Shown here: positions 8,410 through 18,726 of the stretch, piece by piece
Numbering within the stretch: position 1 is the stretch's first letter
How the letters are laid out: every line of letters begins with the position of its first letter
NCBI GenBank assembly: GCA_944380825.1
Contig: CALWIX010000106.1
Location: 1-57,277, forward strand
Direction: 5' to 3'
Source: an uncultured Clostridia bacterium
Lineage (GTDB): Bacteria; Bacillota; Clostridia; Oscillospirales; Acutalibacteraceae
DNA: 57,277 bases
The notes under the pieces: model-generated
The model's input: the letters and a program-made list of their open reading frames with translations, nothing else
What the model was told of the DNA's origin: nothing
The model's database searches: none
Position numbers and translations under genes: made by a program

Positions 8410-9540
8410 ATGTTAAAAAGGGAGTACAAAAACACCGGACTCATGATTTCGGCTCTCGGCCTCGGAATGATGCGCCTGCCGCGCGTACAGGAGGACAAGA
8501 CGGACATCGATTATGAAAAAGCGCAGGAAATCGTCGATTACGCGTATAGCCATGGGATCAATTATTTTGATACCGCTTATCCGTATCACGGCGGAACATC
8601 GGAGGAGTTCACCGGCAAGGCGCTGAGCAAGTATCCGCGCGAGAGTTATTTGCTCGCTACAAAATTCCCTATGTGGGCTGCAGAAACGCCGGATGATTTG
8701 GAACGGATCTTTAACGAGCAGCTTGCACGTACACAGGCGGGATATTTTGATTTCTACCTGCTGCATGCCCTTAACGCAGAGCGTGTGGATAAAATTCAAG
8801 AATTTCATATGTACGAGTTCTTCTCTCAGAAGAAAAAAGAGGGCAAGATCCGCCGCCTTGGATTTTCTTTCCACGACACACCGGAGGTTCTCGAACGCTT
8901 GTGTAATTTATACGCATGGGATTTTGCACAGATCCAGCTTAACTACCTTGACTGGGAAATGCAGGATGCAAAGGGACAATATGAAGTTCTAACAAAACAT
9001 GGAATTCCGGTAATCGTCATGGAGCCCGTACGCGGCGGCGCACTGGCGCATCCGTGCGATGAATCGGTGCGCATTTTTGAAGAAGCGGCTCCCGGCAAAT
9101 CAGCTGCCTCTTGGGCGCTGCGGTTTGCGGAAAGCCTGCCGAATGTTTTGGTAGTTCTCAGCGGCATGACTACGATGGATCAAATCCGCGACAATGTCGC
9201 TACCATGAGTGATTTCCATCCGCTTACCGATGACGATCGTGCGGTAATCCAAAAGGCACTGGACGCTTATAAAAAACATAAAACGATTCCTTGCACCGGA
9301 TGCCGTTACTGCATGGACTGCCCGTTTGGAGTCGATATTCCCCTCGTGTTCCAGGTATATAACCGCTATCGCCTCGACGGCAGTAAGGAAAGGTTCTATA
9401 AGGCCTACGCCCAAATTCCAGAAAGCGCCCGTGCAGAGAATTGTCAGGAATGCGGCGCATGTATGACGCAGTGCCCGCAGTCTATCGAAATTCCGGAGCG
9501 TATGAAGGAAATCAACGCGCTGTGGTCTTCCAAAGAATAA
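8410..9540 (+). CDS. aldo/keto reductase fused to a C-terminal Fe-S (ferredoxin-like) domain
   Basis: AKR N-terminus (GLGMMRLP, YFDTAYPYHGGTSEEF) plus two Cys clusters, CTGCRYCMDCP and CQECGACMTQCP. ATG 8410 lies 8 nt after AAAGGGGA; the track start 8389 is a TTG without an RBS. Confidence 0.85.
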   Translation: MLKREYKNTGLMISALGLGMMRLPRVQEDKTDIDYEKAQEIVDYAYSHGINYFDTAYPYHGGTSEEFTGKALSKYPRESYLLATKFPMWAAETPDDLERIFNEQLARTQAGYFDFYLLHALNAERVDKIQEFHMYEFFSQKKKEGKIRRLGFSFHDTPEVLERLCNLYAWDFAQIQLNYLDWEMQDAKGQYEVLTKHGIPVIVMEPVRGGALAHPCDESVRIFEEAAPGKSAASWALRFAESLPNVLVVLSGMTTMDQIRDNVATMSDFHPLTDDDRAVIQKALDAYKKHKTIPCTGCRYCMDCPFGVDIPLVFQVYNRYRLDGSKERFYKAYAQIPESARAENCQECGACMTQCPQSIEIPERMKEINALWSSKE

Positions 9541-9583
9541 TGACTCATTAAATTATCTGTCATATCTATTAAAGCGTCCCCGC

Positions 9584-9617
9584 GCAAAGTGCACGGGGAC
9601 GCTTTTTCCATTCCTCT
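9584..9617. terminator. intrinsic terminator between convergent AKR and deoB genes
   Basis: GCGTCCCCG-N11-CGGGGACGC followed by TTTTT on the plus strand. An A/T-rich flank on the other side allows weaker minus-strand use. Confidence 0.7.
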
Positions 9618-9631
9618 TTTTGGCTTTCTGC

Positions 9632-10795
9632 TTATAGAAAGCGTGAAGCGAAGGAGATTCCGTCTGTCACGCCGTTGACATGTAAAAGTTCGAGAACGGT
9701 CGCCCCCAAATCGGCGAAAGTGGACCGGGTATGCAGGTTGACACTGTGCACCTGTTTTCCCAAAATTAGAACAGGAACGTATTCGCGGGAATGATCTGTG
9801 GAAGGAGTAGACGGATCACAGCCGTGATCGGCTGTGAGAATCACAAAATCGTCATCGCGCAGAAGGGAGAGCAGGCAGCCGAGCTGGCGATCAAACTGTG
9901 TAAGGGCAGCAGCGTAGCCTTCTACATTATTCCGATGGCCATATACCATATCAAATTCCACTAAATTAACAAAACAAAGTCCGCTAAAATCTTCCTTAGC
10001 CAGCTCCAACGTCTTTTCCATTCCGTCGTCATTGCTCACCGTTTTAATCTGGCGCGTAACGCCCCGGCCGGCAAAAATATCGTAAATCTTTCCTACACCG
10101 ATGCAGTCAAGTCCTGCGGCACTCACATAATCCAGCACCGTATTCCGCGGTGGAGGAAGCGAAATATCGTGGCGGTTGGAAGTTCTCTTAAAATCCGGAT
10201 ATTCCCCCACAAACGGCCGTGCGATAACGCGGCCTACAGCATTCTCTCCCGTCAAAATAGAACGGGCAATTTCACAGCAGCGGTACAGCTCCGGCACCGG
10301 TACTATTCTTTCATGTGCTGCTACTTGAAACACACTGTCTGCAGACGTATATACAATCAAGGCGCCTGTGCGCATATGCTCGCGCCCGTAATCTTCGATA
10401 GCCTGCACCCCTGAATACGGCTGATTGCACAGCACACCGCGACCGGTCCGGCGGGAAAACTCTTCTAGGATCTCTTGGGGAAAACCATTTGGATAAGTGG
10501 GCATGGGCTTATGGGAAATGATACCGGAAAGTTCCCAGTGGCCGGTAGTGGTATCTTTGCCTCGTGATTGCTCGGCCATGCGTCCATAAGCTCCGCGAGG
10601 CTCCTTTTCCGGCGGCGCACAACTGACGCCGTCGATATTGAAAAGGCCCGCGCGCTTCATATTCGGTACATAAAACTTCGAGCTTTTTGCTACGGAGGCG
10701 AGGGTATTGCTGCCCTTATCACCAAAATCTGCCGCATCGGGAAGCTCTCCTACACCAAAGCTGTCAAGAACAATCCAAAAAATACGCCTAGCCAT
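9632..10795 (-). CDS. deoB: phosphopentomutase
   Basis: [26 protein letters not shown]-terminus typical of DeoB. 387 aa. Start shares one base with the udp stop (TGATG). Confidence 0.92.
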   Translation of the reverse strand: MARRIFWIVLDSFGVGELPDAADFGDKGSNTLASVAKSSKFYVPNMKRAGLFNIDGVSCAPPEKEPRGAYGRMAEQSRGKDTTTGHWELSGIISHKPMPTYPNGFPQEILEEFSRRTGRGVLCNQPYSGVQAIEDYGREHMRTGALIVYTSADSVFQVAAHERIVPVPELYRCCEIARSILTGENAVGRVIARPFVGEYPDFKRTSNRHDISLPPPRNTVLDYVSAAGLDCIGVGKIYDIFAGRGVTRQIKTVSNDDGMEKTLELAKEDFSGLCFVNLVEFDMVYGHRNNVEGYAAALTQFDRQLGCLLSLLRDDDFVILTADHGCDPSTPSTDHSREYVPVLILGKQVHSVNLHTRSTFADLGATVLELLHVNGVTDGISFASRFL

Positions 10796-11580
10796 CAGCT
10801 ATTCCTCCTCTCACGATCCGCCGCAATCAGCTTTTGGATTGCGGCGACTGCCGTTTTCACGGCGCCTTCGGTATCGTGTTCCTGCACATCCTCCAATCCC
10901 TCGGCGCGGCGCGTCTGATTTCCTATCACCAGCAGCACTGTCCCCGCACGAACCCTGCGCGCTGCAGCTACCAAAAACAATGCCGCCGACTCCATCTCAG
11001 AGGCCAGCGCGCCGCAGCGCAGCCAAGCTTCCCATTTGTTTTTTAAATCATATCCTACGGGCATACTGTCAGGATCATGCTGTCCAAAAAAAGAATCCTT
11101 GCACTGCACCACACCCACATGAAACCGAATTCCCGACTCTTTCGCCGCCTGTACAAGGGCCGACGTCACCTCAAAATCCGCTACGGCTGGAAACTCTATG
11201 GGAGCATATTCGCGCCCCGTCCCTTCCATGCGGACAGCGCCTGTGGCTACTACCAGATCGCCGCCGCACACCTGCGGCTGCATCCCTCCAGAGGTTCCCA
11301 CACGCAAAAACGTATCCGCACCGCAGTGGATCAGCTCTTCCATAGCAATCGAGGCCGAGGGTCCTCCGATACCTGTGGACGTTACCGATACCTTTTCCCC
11401 GCACAGCGTTCCTGTATAAGTCGTATATTCTCGATTGGACGCAATTTTTTGGGGATTATCGAAATATTTCGCAATCTTTTCACACCGCCCGGGATCCCCC
11501 GGCAGGATTACATACCGCCCCACATCTCCCGGCTTTAAATGGGTGTGATACTCATAGCCGCTGGCATAAGGTCCAGACAT
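10795..11580 (-). CDS. udp: uridine phosphorylase (PNP/UDP family)
   Basis: [40 protein letters not shown] and EMESAALF are colinear with E. coli Udp as remembered. Confidence 0.88.
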   Translation of the reverse strand: MSGPYASGYEYHTHLKPGDVGRYVILPGDPGRCEKIAKYFDNPQKIASNREYTTYTGTLCGEKVSVTSTGIGGPSASIAMEELIHCGADTFLRVGTSGGMQPQVCGGDLVVATGAVRMEGTGREYAPIEFPAVADFEVTSALVQAAKESGIRFHVGVVQCKDSFFGQHDPDSMPVGYDLKNKWEAWLRCGALASEMESAALFLVAAARRVRAGTVLLVIGNQTRRAEGLEDVQEHDTEGAVKTAVAAIQKLIAADRERRNS

Positions 11581-11831
11581 CGCAGATTCCTCCTATTTAT
11601 TTGCAAAAGTTGGGTAATGTAACTAAAAATCTGTAAATTCAAGTCCGTTTTATCTCTTTACTTTCCTAAATGATACCATTTATTTTTTATTTCTGCAAGA
11701 AAGCCAAAATAAATTTATGTCGATGATTTCCACTTTCCTTCTTTTGTGCTATAATAAAATAAAATTGGCGTAAAAGGAGGAGCGGGACGCTGTTTCGGCC
11801 TTTGGGCAGGCCCCCGCGAGGAGGATGTTGT

Positions 11832-13847
11832 ATGAAACCTGTTTTTGATCATCTTTCCGGACAGGAGGAATTTGCGAAGGTCTGCCGGTTTCTGGATACC
11901 CGGTATTCCTATGAGCTCGCCAATCAGATGGAGAAATTCCGTACAAACGAAGCTTTAGGATATCGTACCGCCGGATCCCGGGCGGAATATCTAACAGGTG
12001 AGATGATCTGCCGCGAGATGCGTGAAATTGGACTAGATGTCTCAAAAGACGCTTTTACTCTTGACGGCTGGGATTTTCGCCGCGCCCGGATGTATTTCAC
12101 CGGTGCAGACGGCGCACAGCAATGGGCAGAACTGGGAGGATATCAAACGGATTTTCATACAAACGGGAAAAAGCATTACCGCCTCATCTGCGCTGGGCGC
12201 GGCTCTTCTGAAGAACTCAGCCAACTTGACGTACGAGGAAAGCTCGTCCTTGTGGAAATCGATCAGCGGGGGGAATGGTGGATCAATTATCCCACCTATC
12301 AGGCTCATTTACATGGCGCTGCGGCGCTCATTGCCGTCCAAGGCGGCGGCTATGGCCAGATCCATCCCGATTCTCTGAATGCTCAGAATATCTGCGGCCC
12401 TTCCGACGCACCTGCCTTCTCCCTGTCTATGACCGACGCTCGCCGCATGGATGCTCTCTCGTTCGGAAAAGAAATCGATGTTTTTTTCGATGCGGAGTCC
12501 TCCGTCATTCCAAAGGCCGTTTCGTATAATATCGTCGGCAAGCTGGAGGGAGAAAAAAAAGATGAGTTGATCTTGCTGTCTGCTCATTACGATTCGTATT
12601 TTGAAGGGTTTCAGGATGACAACACCGCCGTCGCTATGATGCTGTGTATTGCACGCGCTCTTGTGAAAAGCGGTTACCGTCCCCACCATACGCTGCTTTT
12701 CTGCGCTATGGCCGCGGAGGAATGGGGTGTGATTAATTCACGGTACGATTGGTCTACCGGCGCTTACAACGAGGTGTTCGGCGTTCATCCGGAATGGCAG
12801 GGCGCCGCTGTGCTGGATATCAACCTTGAGCTTCCGGCGCACGCCCACGGAAAGAGCCACGCCGTGCGCAGCGTGTGGGAATACCAGCCGTTCTTATCTT
12901 CGGTGGTCGCTAAAATTTCACCGAAAAATACGGTCTATCCGGAAAAAGCCCGCGTTGTGTGTCCCATTCAAACATGGTCCGACGATTTTTCTCTGGCTAT
13001 CGCCGGCATCCCCTCTCTTGTAAACAATTTTACGGAGGGCTCCTTTATGGAGACACACTATCATTCCCAGTTTGACTGCGGCGATTCTTACGACGAAGAT
13101 GTTTATGATTACCACCACCAGCTTTATGCCCGCATTCTTCTCGAATTTGATAAGCTTACAGCAGCCCCACTGGATTTCTCTATCCGCCTGCGCGCCATGC
13201 GCAGCTGTGTGACTTCTTCTTCCCCAGAGTCCGAAGAGTTTCTCCTTGCTGTCGATCGCGCCCTTCCTTTGGCCGAAAAGTTAGCCGGGCTTATCCGAGA
13301 GCTGAATCAATCCGGAAAAACGCCCCCGTCTCTTTCTGGACGCTGCTCTTTGAATCGTACGCTGCTAACCCTTTTTCGCTTTTGCGAGGATTGTTTTGTT
13401 CGTCTGACTTGGGAGGATATTCCTATTTTTCCTCACGAATACGCTCAAACAAATTTACGTCTGCTGGCGCAGGCCTCAAACCTTCTTGCGCAAAAGGAGG
13501 TTTCCGGCGCGATCGCTATACTGTCTCAAATTGATAACAACGCTTACGCCTGCGCGTTCGACCGAGAGGTTTTCGACTATTTCACAGACTATGTCGTCAA
13601 TCAGCCGGACGGTCGTTTGATGTGGGGCGCAGGACGCATTATGGGTCATGTAGATCTATTCTGTGTTCTGCAGTCACTGCGGCAGGCGGAAAAATCGGGC
13701 CGCACCGATTTTTCCGGAGAAATGGACGTGTTGCATCAATACTATGAGGAACAGTCACTGCTGTTGGCTGCTACTTTTCGGCGTGCGGCGGAGGATCTTT
13801 CCTCCTTTGCCGATTTGCTTTCCTCCGCTCTACTTTACTTTGCTTAA
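11832..13847 (+). CDS. M28-family metallopeptidase with long C-terminal extension
   Basis: Zinc-ligand pattern LLSAHYDSYFEGFQDDNTAVAMML ... AAEEWG ... THYHSQFD. ATG 11832 lies 6 nt after GAGGAGGA. No signal peptide. Confidence 0.75.
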   Translation: MKPVFDHLSGQEEFAKVCRFLDTRYSYELANQMEKFRTNEALGYRTAGSRAEYLTGEMICREMREIGLDVSKDAFTLDGWDFRRARMYFTGADGAQQWAELGGYQTDFHTNGKKHYRLICAGRGSSEELSQLDVRGKLVLVEIDQRGEWWINYPTYQAHLHGAAALIAVQGGGYGQIHPDSLNAQNICGPSDAPAFSLSMTDARRMDALSFGKEIDVFFDAESSVIPKAVSYNIVGKLEGEKKDELILLSAHYDSYFEGFQDDNTAVAMMLCIARALVKSGYRPHHTLLFCAMAAEEWGVINSRYDWSTGAYNEVFGVHPEWQGAAVLDINLELPAHAHGKSHAVRSVWEYQPFLSSVVAKISPKNTVYPEKARVVCPIQTWSDDFSLAIAGIPSLVNNFTEGSFMETHYHSQFDCGDSYDEDVYDYHHQLYARILLEFDKLTAAPLDFSIRLRAMRSCVTSSSPESEEFLLAVDRALPLAEKLAGLIRELNQSGKTPPSLSGRCSLNRTLLTLFRFCEDCFVRLTWEDIPIFPHEYAQTNLRLLAQASNLLAQKEVSGAIAILSQIDNNAYACAFDREVFDYFTDYVVNQPDGRLMWGAGRIMGHVDLFCVLQSLRQAEKSGRTDFSGEMDVLHQYYEEQSLLLAATFRRAAEDLSSFADLLSSALLYFA

Positions 13848-13961
13848 GTCTATGCAAGATGTTCTTGCTTTTCCTCCTGCTGCCATTGCACTGCCAAAGT
13901 TTTTGCCCTGCTGCCTTTTCGCTTGTTTACCTTAGAAAGGAAGACTTTCCAAGCACCGCAC

Positions 13962-14032
13962 AAGGGCTCCGATCGCTAATTCCAATACGCGCTTTTACGA
14001 GCGTATTGGGTTGCAAACGGAGCCCTTTTTTC
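13962..14032 (+). terminator. nested hairpin terminator after the M28 peptidase gene
   Basis: Outer stem AAGGGCTCCG/CGGAGCCCTT encloses inner stem CCAATACGC/GCGTATTGG, then TTTTTT. Confidence 0.6.
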
Positions 14033-14066
14033 TTTTACTTTTAAATTTTAATAAAGAATCGTGCGA

Positions 14067-17000
14067 TTAAAACCACACGCGCCAACTGCGGATTTCAAAC
14101 GGTTTAATACTAAAAGAAATGGCGCTGCTTTCTTGTAATTCACCTTCGACTTCTTCTAAGAGATTACAAGCAGCAAACCGCTTGATTCCATAATCCGATG
14201 TAAGTTCCGCGCTGTGGGTGCCGCCTCTGCATTCGTGTACACGTACAACAAAGCCGTCGCCGTCTTCCGCCTGCTTGACCGCGTCCAAATACAGTGCTGG
14301 ACTGCTCAGACGAACCATCGCTTTTCCACAACCGTCCGTCCTTCCCTCAAAGTACTGCAGAGGAAGATTCAGCGAAACACTCTCTTCAATCGTATCGCCC
14401 TGGATAACGTTTCCCGCGTGGGGCAGCAGCGCATAGGTAAACGTATGCATCCCCATATCGGCCGTAGGATCCGGGCGTTTCGGACTGCGCAGCAGGGAAA
14501 GCTTCATCACATTATCTTTGATGCTGTATCCATACTTGCAGTCATTAAGCAGGCTCACGCCGTAATTCGACTCTGAAAGATCGGCCCATTTATGCCCTAC
14601 CACCTCAAACCGGGCCCAATCCCAGCTTGTGTTCCAATGGGTTGGCCTTTCCACATGTCCGTACTGGATATCATAAGTAGCATGGGTGGAACGCACGTCC
14701 ACAGCAAAGGCGGCTTTAAGCAGGCGATGGCTCTCGTGCCAATCGGCCTTTGTTACAAAGTCGATGCGGCGGCTGTCGCGGTAAACGATTACATCCTGAG
14801 TAAAAGTAGAAAGATTGTAAGCAAAAGCAAAACGGAGGACCATGCGCAACGCGCCGTCTTCTACCACCTGGGGTGCGGCGGTAAGCGAGGCCGTCTCCAT
14901 TTTCTGCGTATAATAAATATCGATATCCCATGCATCATAGTTCATGGGCTTATCTTCGAAGATCTCTAATCGGTTTCCTTCACCGCACAGAACTTCCCGC
15001 GCGTTGTCTTTATCCCAAATCGAACACATACGGCCGGATTCATTCCAGCAAAGGACATAGTGCGGCGTTTCGAGTCGCCGATCCGCCTCGCTATAGGAGA
15101 ACGAGGACGGACTACGGAAGGATTCTCCCGGCACAAACTGTACTGCCGCCATGGAAGCCGCTCCCATCGGAACAGAAACGAACATTCCATCCGCCGTTTT
15201 TTGGCTGTCTAAAACGGCGCCGTCCGCCGCATAGAAGGTCCCATCCGCCGTCACGGGCAGCACAACAGCATCTTTTCTCGCAAAGCTGCCAAAGTGGAAC
15301 ACGGTGTACTCTGTGCCGATAGGCTGCGCCATGGTGCGGAAAATCTCTTGCCGGCCTGCATCGAGCGCATCATTCGCCTGACTGTACTGCTTGCGGGAAT
15401 CCTCATAGACCTCTTGAATGGAGGAGCCGGGAATTACATCGTGGAACTGATTGCGCAGAACCGTCTCCCATGCTTTATGCAGCAGCGCCTGCGGATATGT
15501 TCCGCCCGAAAAGGATCCGACGCTCGCAAGCCACTCCGTCTCTGCCAGTTTGTATTCCATTTTACGGTTCCAGCGTTTATTTTTCGCTTGGGTAGTATAG
15601 GTGCCGCGGTGGTATTCCAGATACAGCTCCCCATCCCACGTTTGAATGTAGTGATCCGTCTTTTCTACAGATTGATGCAGCTTGCGGAAGAAATTACCGG
15701 CTGTGTCTGGCAAAATATTCGGTAAGCCGGGAATTTTCTGCATAGCAAGTTCTAATTTTACCATATCCCGCGTCGCGCCGCCGCCGCCGTCTCCGTAGCC
15801 GTAACCGATGAGAACATCTTTGGAAATATCGCGGTTGCGGAATTTCTTCCAGCTTCCCAAAGCGGTACGTGGAGCCATCATACCATTATAGGTAGAAAAG
15901 CGATCGGTGATGGGGCGATCCTCCGGAGGGACTTCCATGAAATACGAAAGGACCTCGCTTCCGTCAATACCGCGCCAGAAAAACACATCGTTCGGCATGG
16001 TATTAAATTGGTTCCAACTGATTTTGGTTGTCATAAAGGTTTTAATACCGCACTGCTTGAGGATCTGCGGCAGCGCCCAGCTGTATCCAAACACATCTGG
16101 GAGCCACAAGTATTCACATGTCTTTCCAAACTCCTGCTGAAAAAACCGAATTCCATGTAAAAACTGCCGCGTCAGCGACTCGCCGGAGCTGATATTACAG
16201 TCGGCCTCCAGCCACATGCCGCCCTCCGGCTCCCACTGTCCGGCCTTCACCTTTTCCTTCACCCGCTCGTACAACTCGGGACAGTCTTCTTTCAGATATT
16301 TATAGACTTGGGGCTGTGTAAGCAGGAAAATAAACTGATCAAATTCATCCATCAACTGCAGAGCCGTCGCGCAGGAACGTTGTACCTTCTCCCTCGTGTT
16401 TTTATACCGCCATAACCATGCGACATCGATATGTGTCTGCCCTACGCAATGGATTGTAACGGAACTTTCTTTTTTATTTTCGGCCAGAATTTTTTTGAGG
16501 TATGCAAGGGCCTGCCCCACAGAATCGTAAAACTTGTCTTCATCCCAGTTGAGAAAGAGCATGCAGCGTTCCATGGCGTCGAGCAGGACGTCCCTCTCGC
16601 TGTCATCTTCCGGCAGAATTTGAGCCGTCTCCAACGCCGCACGGCAGAGATAATACAGCTCATCCGTATCCTTATGCAAGTAACCCAGATCCGCACGGGT
16701 GAACCTGTGTTCAAACACCGTTTCATATTCCTGACCGCCGCGTCCTGTCCAAAGAAGTAGCATCATTGTGACGCGCCGCCCAGCCAGCTTCTCCAAAAGT
16801 ACGTCATGGTGGTAGGTATCAACCGCTTGATAGGGATGGCCGTCAATATAAAGCATCGATTCAAAACCGCTGTTGAGGCCACCTCCTGTCTTGCCGAAAT
16901 CGAATAGACCCGTCACCTCACATCCGGGACGGCTGGGGGGAATCTGCACCGTCTTGCGTATCCATAAAAATTTATCCTTACCGCAAAAGCGATCGCCCAA

Positions 17001-17189
17001 GGAAAACGGTTTGCCGTCAAAATTTTCCGGCACGCCGGTGTATACTTCGTCATACCCATTTTTCCCTTCCATTGCTTCCAGCGGTGCGATGGTCTGCATA
17101 TCAAAATAACGCCGCTGCGCAAGTTCTTGTACGCGCCGCTCCATTTTTTCCAAAGTAAAAAACAAAACAACTCCTCCTTTATTCCGCAT
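14067..17189 (-). CDS. GH38 alpha-mannosidase
   Basis: HCVGQTHIDVAWLWRYKNTREK and RNQFHDVIPGSSI GH38 signatures. About 1040 aa with no signal peptide. True start may be TTG 17165 (6 nt after AAAGGAGGAG) or ATG 17144 rather than ATG 17189. Confidence 0.9.
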   Translation of the reverse strand: MRNKGGVVLFFTLEKMERRVQELAQRRYFDMQTIAPLEAMEGKNGYDEVYTGVPENFDGKPFSLGDRFCGKDKFLWIRKTVQIPPSRPGCEVTGLFDFGKTGGGLNSGFESMLYIDGHPYQAVDTYHHDVLLEKLAGRRVTMMLLLWTGRGGQEYETVFEHRFTRADLGYLHKDTDELYYLCRAALETAQILPEDDSERDVLLDAMERCMLFLNWDEDKFYDSVGQALAYLKKILAENKKESSVTIHCVGQTHIDVAWLWRYKNTREKVQRSCATALQLMDEFDQFIFLLTQPQVYKYLKEDCPELYERVKEKVKAGQWEPEGGMWLEADCNISSGESLTRQFLHGIRFFQQEFGKTCEYLWLPDVFGYSWALPQILKQCGIKTFMTTKISWNQFNTMPNDVFFWRGIDGSEVLSYFMEVPPEDRPITDRFSTYNGMMAPRTALGSWKKFRNRDISKDVLIGYGYGDGGGGATRDMVKLELAMQKIPGLPNILPDTAGNFFRKLHQSVEKTDHYIQTWDGELYLEYHRGTYTTQAKNKRWNRKMEYKLAETEWLASVGSFSGGTYPQALLHKAWETVLRNQFHDVIPGSSIQEVYEDSRKQYSQANDALDAGRQEIFRTMAQPIGTEYTVFHFGSFARKDAVVLPVTADGTFYAADGAVLDSQKTADGMFVSVPMGAASMAAVQFVPGESFRSPSSFSYSEADRRLETPHYVLCWNESGRMCSIWDKDNAREVLCGEGNRLEIFEDKPMNYDAWDIDIYYTQKMETASLTAAPQVVEDGALRMVLRFAFAYNLSTFTQDVIVYRDSRRIDFVTKADWHESHRLLKAAFAVDVRSTHATYDIQYGHVERPTHWNTSWDWARFEVVGHKWADLSESNYGVSLLNDCKYGYSIKDNVMKLSLLRSPKRPDPTADMGMHTFTYALLPHAGNVIQGDTIEESVSLNLPLQYFEGRTDGCGKAMVRLSSPALYLDAVKQAEDGDGFVVRVHECRGGTHSAELTSDYGIKRFAACNLLEEVEGELQESSAISFSIKPFEIRSWRVWF

Positions 17190-17200
17190 TTCTTTTCCTC

Positions 17201-17229
17201 ATTATAGCAATCCATTCTACTGGATACAA
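17201..17229 (-). promoter_or_regulatory. sigma-A-type promoter for the GH38 gene
   Basis: Minus strand reads TTGTAT (17229-17224), a 17-nt spacer, then TGcTATAAT (-10 at 17206-17201). The spacer contains the inverted repeat ATCCA-N6-TGGAT (17210-17225). Confidence 0.55.
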
Positions 17230-17288
17230 TGCATTTTTTCTGAAAAATTTCTGGATCTTTTTATGCAGAAAAACCGGCTTGTATAAAT

Positions 17289-17331
17289 AAAAATCCTCCG
17301 GAGCAAGAAAGGAATGCTCCGGAGGATTTTT
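17289..17331 (-). terminator. strong intrinsic terminator after FAD paralogue A, upstream of GH38
   Basis: 16-nt arms AAAAATCCTCCGGAGC / GCTCCGGAGGATTTTT with an 11-nt loop. T-run continues (ATTTAT) on the minus strand. Confidence 0.8.
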
Positions 17332-17346
17332 ATAAAAAGATGGAGA

Positions 17347-18726
17347 TCACGGATGTTCTTTATCAAACCAGACGTTTGCAAACACGAGCGCATCATGCAG
17401 AACACTGTACGACAAATCGCGCACATTGGAAATTCCCTGCTTTGCACACAGAGCCGCCGCCGTTCCGGCAGCCTGACCCATCGCCATACAGGATACCGTG
17501 TTGCGGGTAGACATATGGGCATTGTGATCGGAGGTGATCATCATGCCGATAGCAAACAGGTTCTCCAAATTCTTTACTTGAATCGCGCGGTACGGTACAC
17601 CATAAGTACCACCGTTTTTCACTTGGAAACGCGGCGCATAATCGTGGAATCCATAAGAATAGATCTCGTCATCAAAATGGGTAGCGTTCAAAATCTCTTC
17701 ATTAGAGATATCATATTCGCACTCGATGCAGCGCGCACGGCGGATCGTAATAGTAGGAGCGGTACGAGAAATAAAGGCATTCTCCGCACCCGGAATCGTC
17801 TTACGCAGCAGTTCCAAAGCTTCGCGCTGACGGCGGCGCAGTTCAAACTCCGCATCGGCTAAGGCATCGCGATCAGTCGGTGTTTTGGGCATCATGTAGT
17901 TGAGTTTGATAAACATGAAATAGTTATCATGCAGCGTTGTTGTAACGGTATGCATTCCCAGTTCACGAGTCTTTTGACCCAGTTCTTCGGTAATGTTCTC
18001 CCAATCGCCGTCTACACGGATGATCTGATTGCTGCGTCCGTCGCGAGGCCCGCGGGCATATTCCTTCAGAGCACCGTTGTCACGCAGGAACGAATAGTAT
18101 TTATCAATATCAATTCCTCCTACGCCCATGCTGTTAGCAACAGCGTAATCGTTTGGCTCCGTATAGGAAGCTCCCGCCCTTGCAGACAGATCGCCAAAAC
18201 CAGTGGCATCGATAAACACCTTACCCATCACAGCTTCGCAGCCCTGATGACTCTCTGTAATAACGCCCTGAATTCTGCCGCCGGAGACAAGTGCATCGAC
18301 CGCCATGGTATTAAGCATCACATGCACGCCTGCTTCGCGGAGCATTTCGAGCGCTACAAACTTATAAACCTCTACATCTACGCACAGCGTATCGGAATCA
18401 TATTCATAGCGCAGAACGGTATCGTTATGTCCCGAAGCACCGCGCTGCTGTGTCAGCCGCTGGATCATTTCTTCGGGAATACCGCGTACTACCATTCTTT
18501 TTTCTACCCCTGGAAAAGCCTTCCAGAGATTAAAGAAACTGTGCAGGCCGCAACCACCCTCGGCAGCAATGCCTCCCACATATCCCTTGCTCTCAATCAG
18601 GGCTGTTTTGGCACCGGCACGCGCCGCCGCTATTGCTGCAAACACACCGCCTGTACCACCGCCACAGATTACGACGTCATAGTGTCTCGCTGTGATTTTG
18701 CTTTCCGGACGGATAACATACTCCAT
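17347..18726 (-). CDS. FAD-dependent oxidoreductase (FAD_oxidored-type), paralogue A
   Basis: YDVVICGGGTGGVFAAIAAARAGAKTALIE dinucleotide fold. C-terminal AHMSTRNTVSCMAMGQAAGTAAALCAK. RBS GGGAGGAA upstream. Confidence 0.85.
   Translation of the reverse strand: MEYVIRPESKITARHYDVVICGGGTGGVFAAIAAARAGAKTALIESKGYVGGIAAEGGCGLHSFFNLWKAFPGVEKRMVVRGIPEEMIQRLTQQRGASGHNDTVLRYEYDSDTLCVDVEVYKFVALEMLREAGVHVMLNTMAVDALVSGGRIQGVITESHQGCEAVMGKVFIDATGFGDLSARAGASYTEPNDYAVANSMGVGGIDIDKYYSFLRDNGALKEYARGPRDGRSNQIIRVDGDWENITEELGQKTRELGMHTVTTTLHDNYFMFIKLNYMMPKTPTDRDALADAEFELRRRQREALELLRKTIPGAENAFISRTAPTITIRRARCIECEYDISNEEILNATHFDDEIYSYGFHDYAPRFQVKNGGTYGVPYRAIQVKNLENLFAIGMMITSDHNAHMSTRNTVSCMAMGQAAGTAAALCAKQGISNVRDLSYSVLHDALVFANVWFDKEHP

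Noticed and set aside
11802-11831. Upstream TTG start and an extra GGAGGAG box (about 11781) suggesting a leader peptide before the M28 peptidase gene.
   Set aside because: The TTG is 21 nt from the first SD-like box, which is too far. ATG 11832 has its own GAGGAGGA at the ideal distance. No short ORF starts within 5-10 nt of the first box.
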